Part shown: positions 11,227-25,899 of the stretch, piece by piece
Numbering within the stretch: the first letter of the stretch is position 1
Layout: each line of letters begins with the position of its first letter
NCBI GenBank assembly: GCA_051453625.1
Contig: JBOZIK010000001.1
Location: 17,012,877 to 17,065,943, forward strand
DNA: 53,067 bases
Reading direction: 5' to 3'
Source: Welwitschia mirabilis
Lineage: Eukaryota
The notes under the pieces: model-generated
Databases searched by the model: none
Told to the model about the DNA's origin: nothing
The model's input: only the letters and a program-made list of their open reading frames with translations
Program-made: the position numbers and the translations under genes

Positions 11227-14200
11227 TATTGGGATTTTGAAGAATAAGAATAAGATTTCCTAGACTGAAATTTTATTTCTTCTTTCTTTTGTATTACGTT
11301 AAATAACTTGCTTACATAGGTAAGCATGCCATTAGCATGTCACTAGGGTTTTCACATATGCCTAGATGTATGGCCACAATATCCATACAAACCTTAGTAA
11401 TTATTTGAGATATTATCTAATGAAAGGTTATTTATTTAATTTTGTAGTTGATTATATGTAACATCCTCTTTTTTCTTACCCTAATTAATCATTATAATGT
11501 TTTTTTTATTTTTTTCCTTTATCCTTACTTCATTTTTTAATGTTACTATCTAATAGAGATAGTGAAATTGACAATCAAATTCTACTCATTCCTTTATTAG
11601 CATTTTATATTTTTGAAAAAATTATATTGCTATTATATATTTATTTATAATTGATTCCTAGGTTATTTTTGTTTACAAATAATAGTGATGTCATAAATTT
11701 GTGTTCTCTATTTTTTTCTAGTTTTTCATTACATAGAAAAATATCATATAAATAGTTGAGGAGACATAAACTTGTTATAAACATACATGGATAAATTTAA
11801 AGATAATACCTTACTAGTATAATAGGATGTTGAAACTTACATTAATGACATTCTAACTTGACATCCAACCATCCTATGTATGTGAGTTAGTTGTAATTGG
11901 GATTAATTCTATAGGCTTACAATTCACCTCAATGTACCTTCAATACAAGTAATAGGTAATATGTAAGATGAATTCATGCTTACAAATAACCCCTGCTTCC
12001 TTGAAACATCTCTAGATGGTGCAACATGATTCATTAATGCCAAGGGCACAANNNNNNNNNNNNNNNNNNNNNNNNNNNNNNNNNNNNNNNNNNNNNNNNN
12101 NNNNNNNNNNNNNNNNNNNNNNNNNNNNNNNNNNNNNNNNNNNNNNNNNNNNNNNNNNNNNNNNNNNNNNNNNNNNNNNNNNNNNNNNNNNNNNNNNNNN
12201 NNNNNNNNNNNNNNNNNNNNNNNNNNNNNNNNNNNNNNNNNNNNNNNNNNNNNNNNNNNNNNNNNNNNNNNNNNNNNNNNNNNNNNNNNNNNNNNNNNNN
12301 NNNNNNNNNNNNNNNNNNNNNNNNNNNNNNNNNNNNNNNNNNNNNNNNNNNNNNNNNNNNNNNNNNNNNNNNNNNNNNNNNNNNNNNNNNNNNNNNNNNN
12401 NNNNNNNNNNNNNNNNNNNNNNNNNNNNNNNNNNNNNNNNNNNNNNNNNNNNNNNNNNNNNNNNNNNNNNNNNNNNNNNNNNNNNNNNNNNNNNNNNNNN
12501 NNNNNNNNNNNNNNNNNNNNNNNNNNNNNNNNNNNNNNNNNNNNNNNNNNNNNNNNNNNNNNNNNNNNNNNNNNNNNNNNNNNNNNNNNNNNNNNNNNNN
12601 NNNNNNNNNNNNNNNNNNNNNNNNNNNNNNNNNNNNNNNNNNNNNNNNNNNNNNNNNNNNNNNNNNNNNNNNNNNNNNNNNNNNNNNNNNNNNNNNNNNN
12701 NNNNNNNNNNNNNNNNNNNNNNNNNNNNNNNNNNNNNNNNNNNNNNNNNNNNNNNNNNNNNNNNNNNNNNNNNNNNNNNNNNNNNNNNNNNNNNNNNNNN
12801 NNNNNNNNNNNNNNNNNNNNNNNNNNNNNNNNNNNNNNNNNNNNNNNNNNNNNNNNNNNNNNNNNNNNNNNNNNNNNNNNNNNNNNNNNNNNNNNNNNNN
12901 NNNNNNNNNNNNNNNNNNNNNNNNNNNNNNNNNNNNNNNNNNNNNNNNNNNNNNNNNNNNNNNNNNNNNNNNNNNNNNNNNNNNNNNNNNNNNNNNNNNN
13001 NNNNNNNNNNNNNNNNNNNNNNNNNNNNNNNNNATATAATACTTTATCTAAAACTCACATGGCTATATCATAAGTTAAGAAATCAATGATAAATCTAAGA
13101 CCATCTGTATTACTTAAATTATGAAGTTGAAAACCCTTACAAGCATGCATATTCAAAGTAAGTAAAAGAAAAAGGTAAAAGAGGTATTTGTCCTCATAAA
13201 AATATTATTCCTATGAAATGTAAATTAAGGCTACTAATGAAAACTTATCTTGTATACTCAAATTACCTATGTAATTTTATTTAGTAATTTTTCTATAATT
13301 TAAAATATTAATTATAACATTTTTCTCTTTAAGAAGACATCATAATAACAAATTAATAAGTAATTAATTATGAAGAAGAAAATAAATTATAGTAGTTTCT
13401 CATAAACTAGACTCATAATAAGATAATTAAAAACTAACTTAAATCTATCTTGAATTCTAAAAATATTATTTCTAAGATTATGATTTAAGATTAAAAACTA
13501 TTAAATTTTCTAAAATTACATTCCTACTGCATTACACTAAAATGATCATAACATTAACATACTTTGATTTTTTAAATGATTCAAGATTTTTGAAAATATT
13601 TTTTAATTTCCTATAATGTAGGATACTCAAGTTTTTAGATATCTTAACCAATAGTTATAAAAACATAAATTAATTGCTCAATGTTTATTGCATTTATTTT
13701 TCTAACATATTTTAATAAATAAATTTCTAAAAAATTACTACACATCCAAAAAGTTCCTATTTTTATATTTTCACAAATATAACATAATCTTAAAATCTTA
13801 GATAACTTTTCAACACTTTAAACCTTCTATTTAATAAGCTTTAGTGTTTTTAAACTATGTCTCTATTCTAGAAATTTAACTTTGGCTATACAAAATATAG
13901 TAAAGTTTTTGAATAATAAATATACTAGATAAACTAATTATCTACAAAACATCCTAACTAAATTTACTAATTTAAATTAATGTATAAAAAATCAAATAAA
14001 TTTAAAAAAGGCCATTTACTATATGCCTTAGGATTTTCATGAAACAGTACTAACCTTAATGATATTTTTAAGGATTAGATCTTTTCCCCTAATAAGATGG
14101 ACCTAATTTATAATAGATAAAAATATATAAAATAAACATGGATATCCAAATTTATGTTTTTAATAGTGAACTCCCTAGTCATATGACCATAATCATTGAT

Positions 14201-14600
14201 TAGTAACCTCCTTCACTAAGCACAAGAGACCCTTCATATCTTCCTAATATCTTGGTGAGTTCCAATTGGAGGGAATAATGTTTTATAACATAATTACATA
14301 AAAATCATAAATAATTCCCTAATGCAATATTATATCATTCTATTAGGATGTTTAAAAGAGATCATCTGGATAATATAAGTAAAGAGATTACTTAGAAAGA
14401 TTAGTAAATACTTAATGGTTAAAAATTGATGAAGANNNNNNNNNNNNNNNNNNNNNNNNNNNNNNNNNNNNNNNNNNNNNNNNNNNNNNNNNNNNNNNNN
14501 NNNNNNNNNNNNNNNNNNNNNNNNAGGAAACACAATTGTATGAAAAATGGAAATGATCTTCTACTTAATAAGAGACAAAAGGATCTCACTTTATATATAA
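11227..14600 (-). repeat. LTR of element E, copy 1 (contains gaps; apparently truncated near the TATA region)
   Basis: 11227-11500 matches 14855-15120, 13034-14435 matches 15425-16648 plus 50202-50233, and 14525-14600 matches 50338-50420. Confidence 0.65.
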
Positions 14601-14840
14601 AAAACCTATAAAAATAACAATAGAGCTAGGAAGAAATCCTAGATTTAAGCATGCAAAAAAACATTGAAGAGTATTAAAAAATACATGTAGTAAAGGATGG
14701 AAATAAATTCTTAAGAAATTAATAAAGCCATTAAAACTAAATTAATAATATAAGGCAAGGAGGCATGCAAGCATAAGAGAATAAAAAAATCTTAAAAATG
14801 GCTAACAAACTCCGAGATCCATAGGAATCCTAGTCCAGAT

Positions 14841-14852
14841 GCTCCAATACCA
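14841..14852 (-). promoter_or_regulatory. tRNA-iMet PBS, element E copy 2
   Basis: Reverse complement TGGTATTGGAGC versus canonical TGGTATCAGAGC, 2 nt from the LTR edge TGTTGAAAG at 14855. Confidence 0.7.
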
Positions 14853-14854
14853 GT

Positions 14855-16648
14855 TGTTGAAAGACTAAAGAGTAAGAAAAAGATTTCATAAAATAAAATT
14901 TTATTTCTCCTTTATTCCTTATTACATTGAATAGCTTACTTATAAAAGCAAGCATGCCATTTGGGTTTCATTAATGTTTCCAGATATCCCTAGGTGTATA
15001 ACCATGATGTGCATATAAACCTTAAAAAATATTTTACTTATTAACTAATGAAAGATTATTTTTCTAATCATCTAGTTGATTATATGTGATACCCTCTTTT
15101 TTCTTATTCCAATTAAGCACTATAAACTTTTTAATTTAAAATAAGCAATATAAAATAAGCATACTAAAACATCTCTATATTTAAAATTATAATAATGAAA
15201 ATCTAAATAAAGGAAATATTCTTTTTGTTTCTTTCTTACAATAATAATAAAAATATTTAAAATGTATCAAGTTATATTTTAATAATGTACTTAAAGAAAC
15301 TAATTTATACTTGGAGCTATGCTAATCTTAGAAGCATTCTTATATGCTCCTTTGATTATTTCTATGGATTTTTGCAATGGAGATAAACAAAATAAAGTAT
15401 GGCTTAAGCATGATTATTAAGACATAATACTTTATCCAAGAATTAAATGGCTATATCATAAGTAAAAAAAAATAAATAATAAATTTAGGATTATTCATAT
15501 TACTTAAAGTACAAAGGTAAAAACCCTTACAAGCATGCATATTCAAAGTAAGAAAAAAGGGAAAGATAAAAGAGGTATTATTCCTAATAAAATATTATTC
15601 CTAAGAAATGTAACTTAAGGCTATTGATGGCAACTTATCTTGTATACTCAATTATCTAAATAATTTATGTAATAATTTTTATATAATTTAAAATATTAAC
15701 TATAACATTTTTGGCTCAAAGGAGACATCATATAAAAAATTAATAATTAATTAATTATGAAGAAATTTAATTACAGTAATTTCTCATAAACTAGACTTAT
15801 AATACAATGATTGGAAACTAACTTAAACTATTTTAAATTCTAAAAATATTATTTTTGAAGTCATGATTTAAATTTAAAACTATCAAGATTTCTAAAAATA
15901 TCTGCATTTATTTTTTAATGTATTTTAATAAATAAATTTCTTAAAAATTATCACATATCCAAAAAATTACTTTTACTGCATTTTCACAATCATAACATAA
16001 TCTTAGACTTATAGAAAAAGGTTTATTACTTTATACATACTAATTAATAATATATAGTGTTTTTAACCTATGCCTCTATTTAAGAAATTTAACTTTAGCT
16101 ATAAGAAATATGGTAAAGTTTCTACAACTAGTTATGAAATAACTTAAATTAGTAACATAGTAAATATAGTATCTAAACTAATTATCTATAAAACATCTTA
16201 ACTAACTTTGATAATTGAAATTAATGTATAAATAAAATTTAAATTAATTCAAAAACAACCATCTTAATAAGCCTTAAGATTTTCATAAAAGAGCATTAAC
16301 CTTAAAGGGATTTTTGAAGATCAAAACTTTGCTCTTCATACAGTGTACCTAATATATAATAGATAAAAATATAATATTAAAATAAACATGGGTACCCAAA
16401 TATATTTGATTTTTAATACTTTTTATAGTGAATCCCCTAGTCACTTGATCATAATCATCCATTATTAACCTTCATAACCAATCATATGAAACCCTTTATA
16501 TCTTTCTAACGTCTTAATGAGAGCCAAAGGGAGGAAAAAATATTTTATAACATAATTATATAAAAATCATAAATAATAACCTAATGTAATATTACATCAT
16601 TTCATTAGAATCTTTAAAAGGAATGATATGGATAATATGAGTAAAGAG
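14855..16648 (-). repeat. LTR of element E, copy 2, left part (split by B)
   Basis: Starts TGTTG next to the PBS and is homologous to copy 1. It resumes after B at about 50202. Confidence 0.7.
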
Positions 16649-17884
16649 TGTTGCAATGCTAAATTGTATATATTTGATAGGATAATTTGAGTAGTTTTAT
16701 AGGATATTAGTCAGTTTTACACTGAGTTTTAATGATAATAGAGACACAATGCAAATATCATGAAAACACGTAATCTTCATTACATTTGATAGCATTTCAT
16801 AAAAATTGCAATACTTTCATTTGAAGCAAAAATTCTATAATTAAAGAGGTAGATCCAACATAAGAAGTAATTTTATCAAGCCCATCATTCATCTTATCAT
16901 CTGAACAATTATAGAGATAATAGAAGAAGTTATGCTAATTAAGGACACTTACTAGACTGAAATAGCAGCTAATGTAAATTATGTATGATATGGCATCATC
17001 TCCTATAACATTTGCATGATTAATAAGATAATACCTAAAAATAATGGTTCACCAAACTTCACTAAACTTTCACCATATGTCATATGTATTTTTATGTAGC
17101 CATTAGGGATTTTACAATGTCTATTAGAGTTTACTATTTCTAGAGTCTTATTTGTAATAAATACCTCCTTTATCCTTGACTCTGACTTTATCTTTTTGGA
17201 CATAAAAAATTCTTCTGATCAGAGATCCATCTCTTGTTGTTTTAGAGAGATATATTTTTTGATGTTGGGTTATATATCCTTCATTAAGGTGTTGCTGCTT
17301 TGTAACATAGATGTTGGTTTAAGTTAATAAAAACTCTATTCTCTTTTCATATCTTTTGTTATGTACATCTGCCTTTTGATTTATGTTTCTCATAATTCTA
17401 TAACAGCTTCATCTGTGAAATAGATCATGAGGGAAATCTTTGTTAAGATTGACATTAGTAGTTTAGCTGTAATGTGTTATATTTTATAGATCAACTTTAC
17501 ACATTTTCATATTTTATTTAGCCCACATGATAGCTTAGGTTAGTTTTAATTTGGTAAAGTCTTTCCTTAATTAATCTATGTTATATAGTGTCAATCTCCA
17601 TGATATATTGATTTGATAATAAAATAGATATTAAAATAGATCTTACATGTTATTTATATAGTATGTTTACTTTTATTATTTACTTGCATTGTATTTTGTT
17701 CTACTTAGAAAATACATACAAATTTTGTTTAAAGTCATTTCTCTTTCTTCTCACCTATGCCTTCAATGGATTATAACATTTGGTTACTCCCATCTATATT
17801 AGTGTGTTGTGTTTTATAATAAATATTTGTTATTGATAGGATTTAATAAGAACACAAAAGATTATTCAAATACACATTGCAACA
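16649..17884 (+). repeat. 5' LTR of B
   Basis: TGTTGCAATG...ATTGCAACA; colinear with 48967-50201. Confidence 0.92.
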
Positions 17885-17887
17885 TCT

Positions 17888-17905
17888 TAACACCATTGTT
17901 GAGGA
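17888..17905 (+). promoter_or_regulatory. Degenerate Asp-type PBS of B
   Basis: taacaccattgttgagga(aggct) is TGGCGCCGTTGCCGGGGA with transition mutations. Confidence 0.75.
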
Positions 17906-18448
17906 AGGCTGGTAAGAGTTCAAGGGCTATCATTACATAGATAAGTCATTTAAATTTTAGTTTAGGTATTTTCCTACAGTAGCACTATATCTTTATAGTA
18001 GAACCTTAGGGTTTCTTTTCACATTTTCTGATTCACATTCTGAAAATAATGCCTTATGATCCCTCATCATCTAGATAACACATAGTAATGATGGTTTATA
18101 AATATAGGGTTTTTTTATTTTCATAAGAGCTAAGTTTTTTCCCCATTACCTCCTCTATCATCTAGATAACTTAGAGAACAATTGTTGGTTTTCATTCTAT
18201 GTTATTTTGCAACTTTGCTTTTCTATGTTTTTTGTTTTTGGTTTTTCTTTTTTTTTTTTAAATGTCTTTTATTATCCATGTACATTGTCTAGATGACTAG
18301 TGAGATAATACTTGTAGAAATAGAACTGAGCATGTAGGGATGTGATAAACTTGGATAAGAAGATGAAGTATTAAAAAGAGTTGCTGTTGATTAAAGAAAA
18401 GATTAGAGAAGGTTTAATTGACTACAAATAAAATATAGGTATGCACAT

Positions 18449-20284
18449 TGTTGCGATCCTAAATTATCATGTTTCAATGGTGTAATTGATGATGTTTTGT
18501 AGGGAATAGGGGCTCAATTCAGTCATTTTTAAGTATTTTATCATGAATTGATCTAACAATCTAATTATGATATTAAATGCCTATTTCCATATAGAAGGGT
18601 AGGAATTCAATCAAGACAAAAAATGAAGGAAAAAGTGGAGGAAAAGATCAATAAATTGACTATTATCTTCACTGTCATACCAACAACACAGGAAGACATT
18701 CGAAGGAGGCTGATAAGGCTAACTTGATGAAGGCTAACGTGGCTTGCTGATGTGTCTGTTGTGCTGGATGTTGTCCCCATAACACAGGAGATGACATAGC
18801 TGTTAACTTTTAAATTCAAAGATCAATAAGATTCTGATGGGATAAGCTATGATTGGCTGATGAATGGATGTCATACCCAATGTCGTCCGATAACGATAGT
18901 CACACGACAGTGCCATAACTTCTTTCTAATGAAGTTAATTAAGGTCTAGTTTACACCTAATGATGCCTCTTCATCTGTACTGATCTTTATAACTTGCAAC
19001 CACCTTAAGAAGGTTATAAAAACCCCCATTTAGCATTATTTAGTGATCTTTTGACATTGGAGGATTGGTTACAAAAAGCATCCAAGGATTTAAGGGTCCA
19101 ATTAAGCATAAGAGAGATTATTGTTGGTGTGAAGGCTGTGTTTCTGACATTAAGGAGTTACTACCTTGCTGAGATTTTGTAAGACATTCTATTTATTTAA
19201 TAAAATGTCTTTCTTTTCCTATTCTTATGATGTCTCTTATGATTTGTGTTGAAATTTGATTAATACTATTTATTATATTAATTTCTAATTATACATNNNN
19301 NNNNNNNNNNNNNNNNNNNNNNNNNNNNNNNNNNNNNNNNNNNNNNNNNNNNNNNNNNNNNNNNNNNNNNNNNNNNNNNNNNNNNNNNNNNNNNNNNNNN
19401 NNNNNNNNNNNNNNNNNNNNNNNNNNNNNNNNNNNNNNNNNNNNNNNNNNNNNNNNNNNNNNNNNNNNNNNNNNNNNNNNNNNNNNNNNNNNNNNNNNNN
19501 NNNNNNNNNNNNNNNNNNNNNNNNNNNNNNNNNNNNNNNNNNNNNNNNNNNNNNNNNNNNNNNNNNNNNNNNNNNNNNNNNNNNNNNNNNNNNNNNNNNN
19601 NNNNNNNNNNNNNNNNNNNNNNNNNNNNNNNNNNNNNNNNNNNNNNNNNNNNNNNNNNNNNNNNNNNNNNNNNNNNNNNNNNNNNNNNNNNNNNNNNNNN
19701 NNNNNNNNNNNNNNNNNNNNNNNNNNNNNNNNNNNNNNNNNNNNNNNNNNNNNNNNNNNNNNNNNNNNNNNNNNNNNNNNNNNNNNNNNNNNNNNNNNNN
19801 NNNNNNNNNNNNNNNNNNNNNNNNNNNNNNNNNNNNNNNNNNNNNNNNNNNNNNNNNNNNNNNNNNNNNNNNNNNNNNNNNNNNNNNNNNNNNNNNNNNN
19901 NNNNNNNNNNNNNNNNNNNNNNNNNNNNNNNNNNNNNNNNNNNNTCTAAATTAGACACAGGTCATAAGGGCTGAGTTGGGTAACAACAACTCAGAAAATT
20001 GGTTATCATAGGCTTGCATTTAATTTCTCTTTCATACTTTTCATTGCACATTAGAATAGTTGCATTGTCAATTTCCATTTTTCATGATAAAAACAAAAAA
20101 TTGAATTAAACATTGGATTGGATTTTAATATATATTCTTTCTCATTCATGTGCTCAATTAGATTGTTTCCTTACGCTATCTAGATTATGACATTCATTGG
20201 TTAATTCATCCTATACTAAGCCTAATTTAAATTTTCTTGTTTATAGCATTGATTACTTTTGAAGTGCAATTTAGGCAACCAACA
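18449..20284 (+). mobile_element. Solo LTR (Athila-related) inserted in the 5' part of B gag
   Basis: TGTTGCGAT...CCAACA flanked by the perfect TSD CACAT (18444-18448 and 20285-20289). Removing it restores ggtatgcacat|cccaggt, homologous to A's 'GTHTQG'. Contains a gap. Confidence 0.85.
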
Positions 20285-20289
20285 CACAT

Positions 20290-22620
20290 CCCAGGTACAT
20301 AAAACCTTTCAATAATTGAACAAGAATATTTTTATTTATTTATTATTTTAGAATCTAATTTTTGAAAAGAAAGTTCAAAAGAAAATAATTTATTCAAATG
20401 TAAAATTATATTCAAAAGAAGAAAAAAGTATTTTTACCTAATCCCCCTGTCATGATAGGAATCTATACTACTCCCATAAATCCAAATGTTAATGTCAGTA
20501 TTAAAGAACTAATTATAAATAAGAAGTGTAAAATCCAAAACCCTTTTAACCTACATTCTAGTAATGATGTTGAGTTAAGAAATTTAAGTACATATCCTAT
20601 TTTTAATGGATAAAATAATGAAGACCCCCTTCAACATATAGCTGATATTGAACAATTAGTGCTCACTTCAGAAAATGGTAAAAATGAATTAGTAAGCATA
20701 ATTTCATGATTATCTTTCCCATCATACTAAAAGGAAAAGCAAAACTATGGCTAAGAACTATTCCTCATAAAATCTTAAAAACATAAAATCAAGTTTAAAT
20801 ACCCTTTATGACAACATTAATGAGTGAAACTACAATGAAAAAAGAAAGAAAGAGATAACAAATTTTCAATAACAACCTAATAAATATTGTGCCACTGCTT
20901 ATGAGTGATTTTTCATTATAACTAATTCTAATTCTATTGATGCATTTACTCAAGAAAAATTAATAGGCTATTTCTACAATGAATTAAATGGCCAAACTAA
21001 ACAATTAGTAGATTTTTCATGTGATGGCAACTTAATGAGTCCTACGTTAAAAAATAAATGAAAGTTATTGGAAGAATTAGTGAAATTAAGTTAAACATAT
21101 CCTAAACCAACATCTAAAAAACTCATACTATAGGCCAAATCATAAAATATCTTAAAGAAGTAAAATAAGAAAAAGGAGGAAGTGAAAACAAAAAAATAAC
21201 CAATAAATGTAATTAAGGATTTCACAATAACTTTAGGAAAATATACTCAAATGATTCTAGAGGTAAAAGTAGCAATTGAAAAGAATGTGGTTTCAACTTG
21301 TGATTTGTGTGAAGAAAACTGTCATCTAACTAAAAAAATGTCCTTTATTATCAACTTACAAAGAAAACATTTATGAAGAAGTGTGTGCTTTTAATTAAAA
21401 GTCTTTAAACTTTAGAAATTAAAACTAAATAAAAACAATTTCAACCTAGAATGAATGGATAATCTAACTTTCAATCCTTTGAAAATAAATTCAAGAACTT
21501 TCAAGTAAATCATTAAAATTTCCAACTATTTAAAAATAGATCTAAGAATGATAATTTGCAATTGAACAACTCAATCTTCTAACCAAGTAGATTAAAATTT
21601 TAAGCAAGTACTTCCAATTCATAAAATCAAAATAATCCACTTAGAAATCACATTCATGAGCTAAGAAAATCTTAAGAGAAGACAAAATCAAATATTAAAA
21701 ATCTAGTAAATTTTCTTCAACAAACTATGCTAGTAAATCAAAGATCAAAAGGATTACTTACAACTCAATCTTTACCTAACCCTAGCAAACAATAAAAAAT
21801 TATAAAGTTATAACAAGAAGTGAAAATAATACAATACCTTCTATCCATGAGAATTCAACTTTCAAAAATTATAAGAAAGATAATAAAGAAGGTGAGGATA
21901 CAAAAATCTTAAAAAATCATAAATTTACTTCTCTTTTAAGTAATAAGATTAACCAAAAAAATTCTTCACAAAATAAAGAAAAGAAACCTCCAACCTCTTG
22001 GCTTGATATATTAAATACTAATCCTACCTTTGATGATCATCTAAAAGCCTTGATGAAAGATGTAACATAAATTTACCTTTTTGGAAAATCTTGTGAGAAA
22101 ATCATAAATATTTTAAGTCATAAGAAGGCCTAATTAGGAGGAAACAAAAATGAATCATACCTAGTAAAGTCTTCCTAGCTCAGTCTATAACCAATGTAGT
22201 TTTACAAAAATGTCCAAAATTTAAGGATCATGGGTAGCAACAATTAGTGTTACTTTAGAGTGAAATAAAAAAATTAAAAAAGCCTTAATCAATATAGGAA
22301 TAAGTGTTAACATTATACCTTTATAAAGTTGTCAAAGACTTAGTTTGGAAAGTAGAATTGAGCTCACATGTATTATCTTAGAATTGGTTAATACATTAGT
22401 GAAAAATCTTTGGGAGTAATAAAAGATTTGGTGATTTAAATAGAGGAATCATTCTATCCAATATATGTGGTTATTATTAAAGTTGAACATATTGGAGGTT
22501 ATCCACTACTTGTAGTTAGAGAATTTTATGCAAAAACCTATTATATTATTGATATGCAAATTAGAATGATGGAGTTCCACTTAGAAAATAAAAACTTCAC
22601 CATTAGAGTTTTTAAGCTAT
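20290..22620 (+). pseudogene. gag and aspartic protease remnant of B
   Basis: 'YPIFNG..NEDPLQHIADIEQL', CDLCEENCH knuckle at about 21298 and 'ALINIGISVNIIP' at 22282-22320. Colinear with A. Confidence 0.88.
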
Positions 22621-23149
22621 TGAAAAATATCTAGGTAATGAGTAGAATGTAGAGAAATAAATTAAGCTAACCTTATTTTTATAGCATCATCCACTTGAAG
22701 AGAGATGGTTAATACTTCATGATCCTACCTTGTATGTTAATCCACTTGAAATAGAAAATTTGAAAGATTTTGATCATGATGAAATCAACTATGAACACTT
22801 AGGAACTGATTTTTTTGATCAAAAGAATAAAGAAACAAAACCTGTAGTCTATGAAGAAGTCCAACATTCAAAAACAATTGAGATTATACATTATAAGCGA
22901 GGTTGTCCACTTTTGTGATGCGAATGACTATCTGATATAATAGTCAACTCTAAGAAATCTTAAATAGAAACTTAAAATTATAATTTAAATATGAAAACTT
23001 TACCTAGTGGTCTAAAATATATCTTTATATGTAATTATTAGAATAGATCTTTAATAACAAATGCAAATCTTTTTTTCTTAACAAGAATTAACTTTAATCT
23101 AAATTCTAAGATTAATGCATTTACTTAAACTCATAAAGATTTAGCAAAA

Positions 23150-24336
23150 ATTCCTACTTTCATTGTTTAATATAAAATCTATCTTGAGAATGATGCAAAA
23201 CCGGTTAGGAAACCCCAAAGAAAACTAAATCTAGCCCTTAAATAAATCATTAAAAATGAAATCATTAAATTAAGGAATATTTAACTTATTTATGTTATAT
23301 CAGATAGTGATTGGATTATCTCTTTAATAGTAGTGCTTAAAAAAGATGGAAATGAAGAATGTGTATCAATTTTAAAAAGCTTAATGAAGTAATAAAGAAA
23401 AACAATTGCCCTTTATCTTTTCTAGATCAAATTCTTAATAGAATCCAAGGACATGTTTTTATTGCTTTCTTGATGGGTATAGTGGTTATAATCAGGTTTG
23501 TATAATTAGTAAGGATCAAGAAAAAACAACTTTCACTTTATCTTTTAAAATATTTCCCTTTAGATGAATGTCTTTTGGACTTTGTATTACTCCTAGAACC
23601 TTTCAACATGTAATGATGGATATCTTCTCTGATATGTTAGAGGATTCAATTGAAATTTTGTAGATGACTTCTCAATCTTTAATGAAAATTTTAAATAAAC
23701 CTTGAAAGATTAGATAAAATACCTAATATTGTATTAAGAGTAGCCTACATTTAGATTAGAAGAAGAGTCTCTTTATAGTTGATAATGGGATTGTCTTAGG
23801 TCACCATATTTCTTGTAAGGGAACTAAGATGGATCCTAAAGTAAGTATCATTAAAAATCTAACTCCTATAATAAATGTAAAATAAGTTTTATCTTTTCTT
23901 AGTCATTTTTTTTATCCTTATTTTATTTAGTATTATGTAAAAATTTGAAAGCCCTTTACTCATTACTTAAAAAAGATGCTAAATTTAATTGGAATGAATA
24001 TTGTTAGCTTGCTTTTAAAACACTTAAAGTCTCTTCTGCACCTATAGTAATAGGGCCTAATTAGACTAAAGATTTTGAATTAATGTGTGATGCTAGCAAT
24101 ATTATTGTGTGGAATCTTGGATAATAGCATGAAAAATAATGTTAAAGTTATATCTCACCATAGTAAAAATTTGTATAAAGCTCAATTGAATTACACTTCT
24201 ACTGAGGAAGAAATGTTAGCCATAATCTTTTACCTTGATAAGCTTAGAAACTAATTTTTAGGATTTTATACAAATGTTTACATAGACCATGTAGTTATTA
24301 GATACCTTGTAACTAAGAGAGATTCTAGAGCTAGAC
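23150..24336 (+). pseudogene. RT and RNase H remnant of B (interrupted by D)
   Basis: 'DWIISLIVVLKKDG', 'DGYSGYNQV', 'VDDFSI' at about 23660, 'FELMCDASN' and 'NYTSTEEEMLAI'. Ends at YLVTKRDSRAR, which continues at 41701. Confidence 0.9.
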
Positions 24337-25854
24337 TATAATGTCCAAATTTCTAACCAAAAACTATGATTGTTTCTTTATGCAATATTTTCAACATTTC
24401 TCATCATGATTATGCACTAAATTAAAATTTTATCATGTTTTAATTAAAATATCAATCTAATACCAAAATATGACTATAAGGAGGTAATTATAGCATAATA
24501 ATAACATGATGAATAATAGTTTCATAGCCTAATAGGAGAGTTTTTAACGTTTACATAAAATTCGTAAAAAAATTTATAATAATTGGTACTCATGCATATG
24601 TTACAATTACAAGTACAAAAAGTATAAAATAAGTAGTAATCACTTCTTTCTCAATGACCAAAATCTATTCCAGTGTCTAAAATTGCACATATAATATGGT
24701 ATGACAATTGTGAAATCATTACCATCCCTAGTAGGATTCATGGTAAGATATGGAATGGTAAGGGATTCTCAAGTGAAGAAGGGATAATAAGAATAAAACA
24801 AAAATGATAAAGGATTCATTTTAAGTTTATCTTTTTTAACTATTATTCCATAATAGATTTTGGAAATCTAGTTGTACATAACCTAAGAGGGACGAATGGT
24901 AAATTGGTCACATTTTTCCTATTCATCTTGGAAGTTTGATTCCATGGTCTTGGGACTCCTTTCAGAGAGTATCACTCCTTGAAGTCTGAACAACTGGTTA
25001 TCCTATTTTATTTTAATTTATCTTGAAATGTAAAGTACCTAAGAGAAAACTAACATGAGGTGTATGTAGTCTAAGCAGATCATACAAACTTCATTGATAT
25101 GCATGAACAACCTTAAACGAATTACATAAATATCAAAATGATTTGAAATAAAGACTATTTGAGATGTAAAAGGTAAGGATCATGTAAGAAAATAAAAGAA
25201 AAACTAAAAACCATATAAGAAAAAAAAATGAAGATTATAAAATATACCTAAATTAAAATGAAGAGTAGAGAACTCTTAAAGATTCTAAGGCTCCAAGGTT
25301 CCAAGGCTTATCTAAGCTCTAAGATTTGATAGCAAAGGCTTCATAAGATATAAAATGAGAGAAAAAGAAGGTCTTATTTATAGTTGAGGATTAGAATATA
25401 AAAGGACATAAGAACATAAAAAGACACCATCATAAAGGATGATGATCAAGGTGATAAAGGTGATAGGAATTCCTTAATCCCCTTATTCAATTCCTTCCTA
25501 GGTCACTAGGTGCATTAATACATTAGCAATAAACAACAATGCTCATCATGTAATTATTACAATAACAAGTAAATTTTAAAAATGACATAAAAGATATTTT
25601 CTAGTTTAAATAGATAGAAGTGTAACAATTACAATAACTTAACCATTGAAGAATCATAATTAGATCTATAAGAATTTTTAACAAATGTAATATTATGACT
25701 ATTTCAAAATGAAAGGAATTATAGCACAAAATTTTCAAAATAAAATTAAACCACTAGGAATAAGAAATAAATACATGTAATAATTAAACTAGCTTGAGCT
25801 CTATAACATTAATAATTATTTAGAATCTTGGACCTTAAAAGTCTATATGTGATA
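24337..25854 (-). repeat. 3' LTR of D
   Basis: Colinear with 40089-41695; termini eroded to TATA.../...TGATA. Confidence 0.92.
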
Positions 25855-25870
25855 TTACTCCATCCCTTAA
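25855..25870 (-). promoter_or_regulatory. Polypurine tract of D
   Basis: Reverse complement TTAAGGGATGGAGTAA immediately before the LTR, preceded by GGACGAAA. Confidence 0.8.
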
Positions 25871-25899
25871 GAGGTTTCGTCCTTAAAACTTGAGCTACA

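Noticed and set aside
12016..13089. 357-aa ORF and other X-filled ORFs (e.g. 19278-19958)
   Set aside because: Artefacts of translating N gaps.
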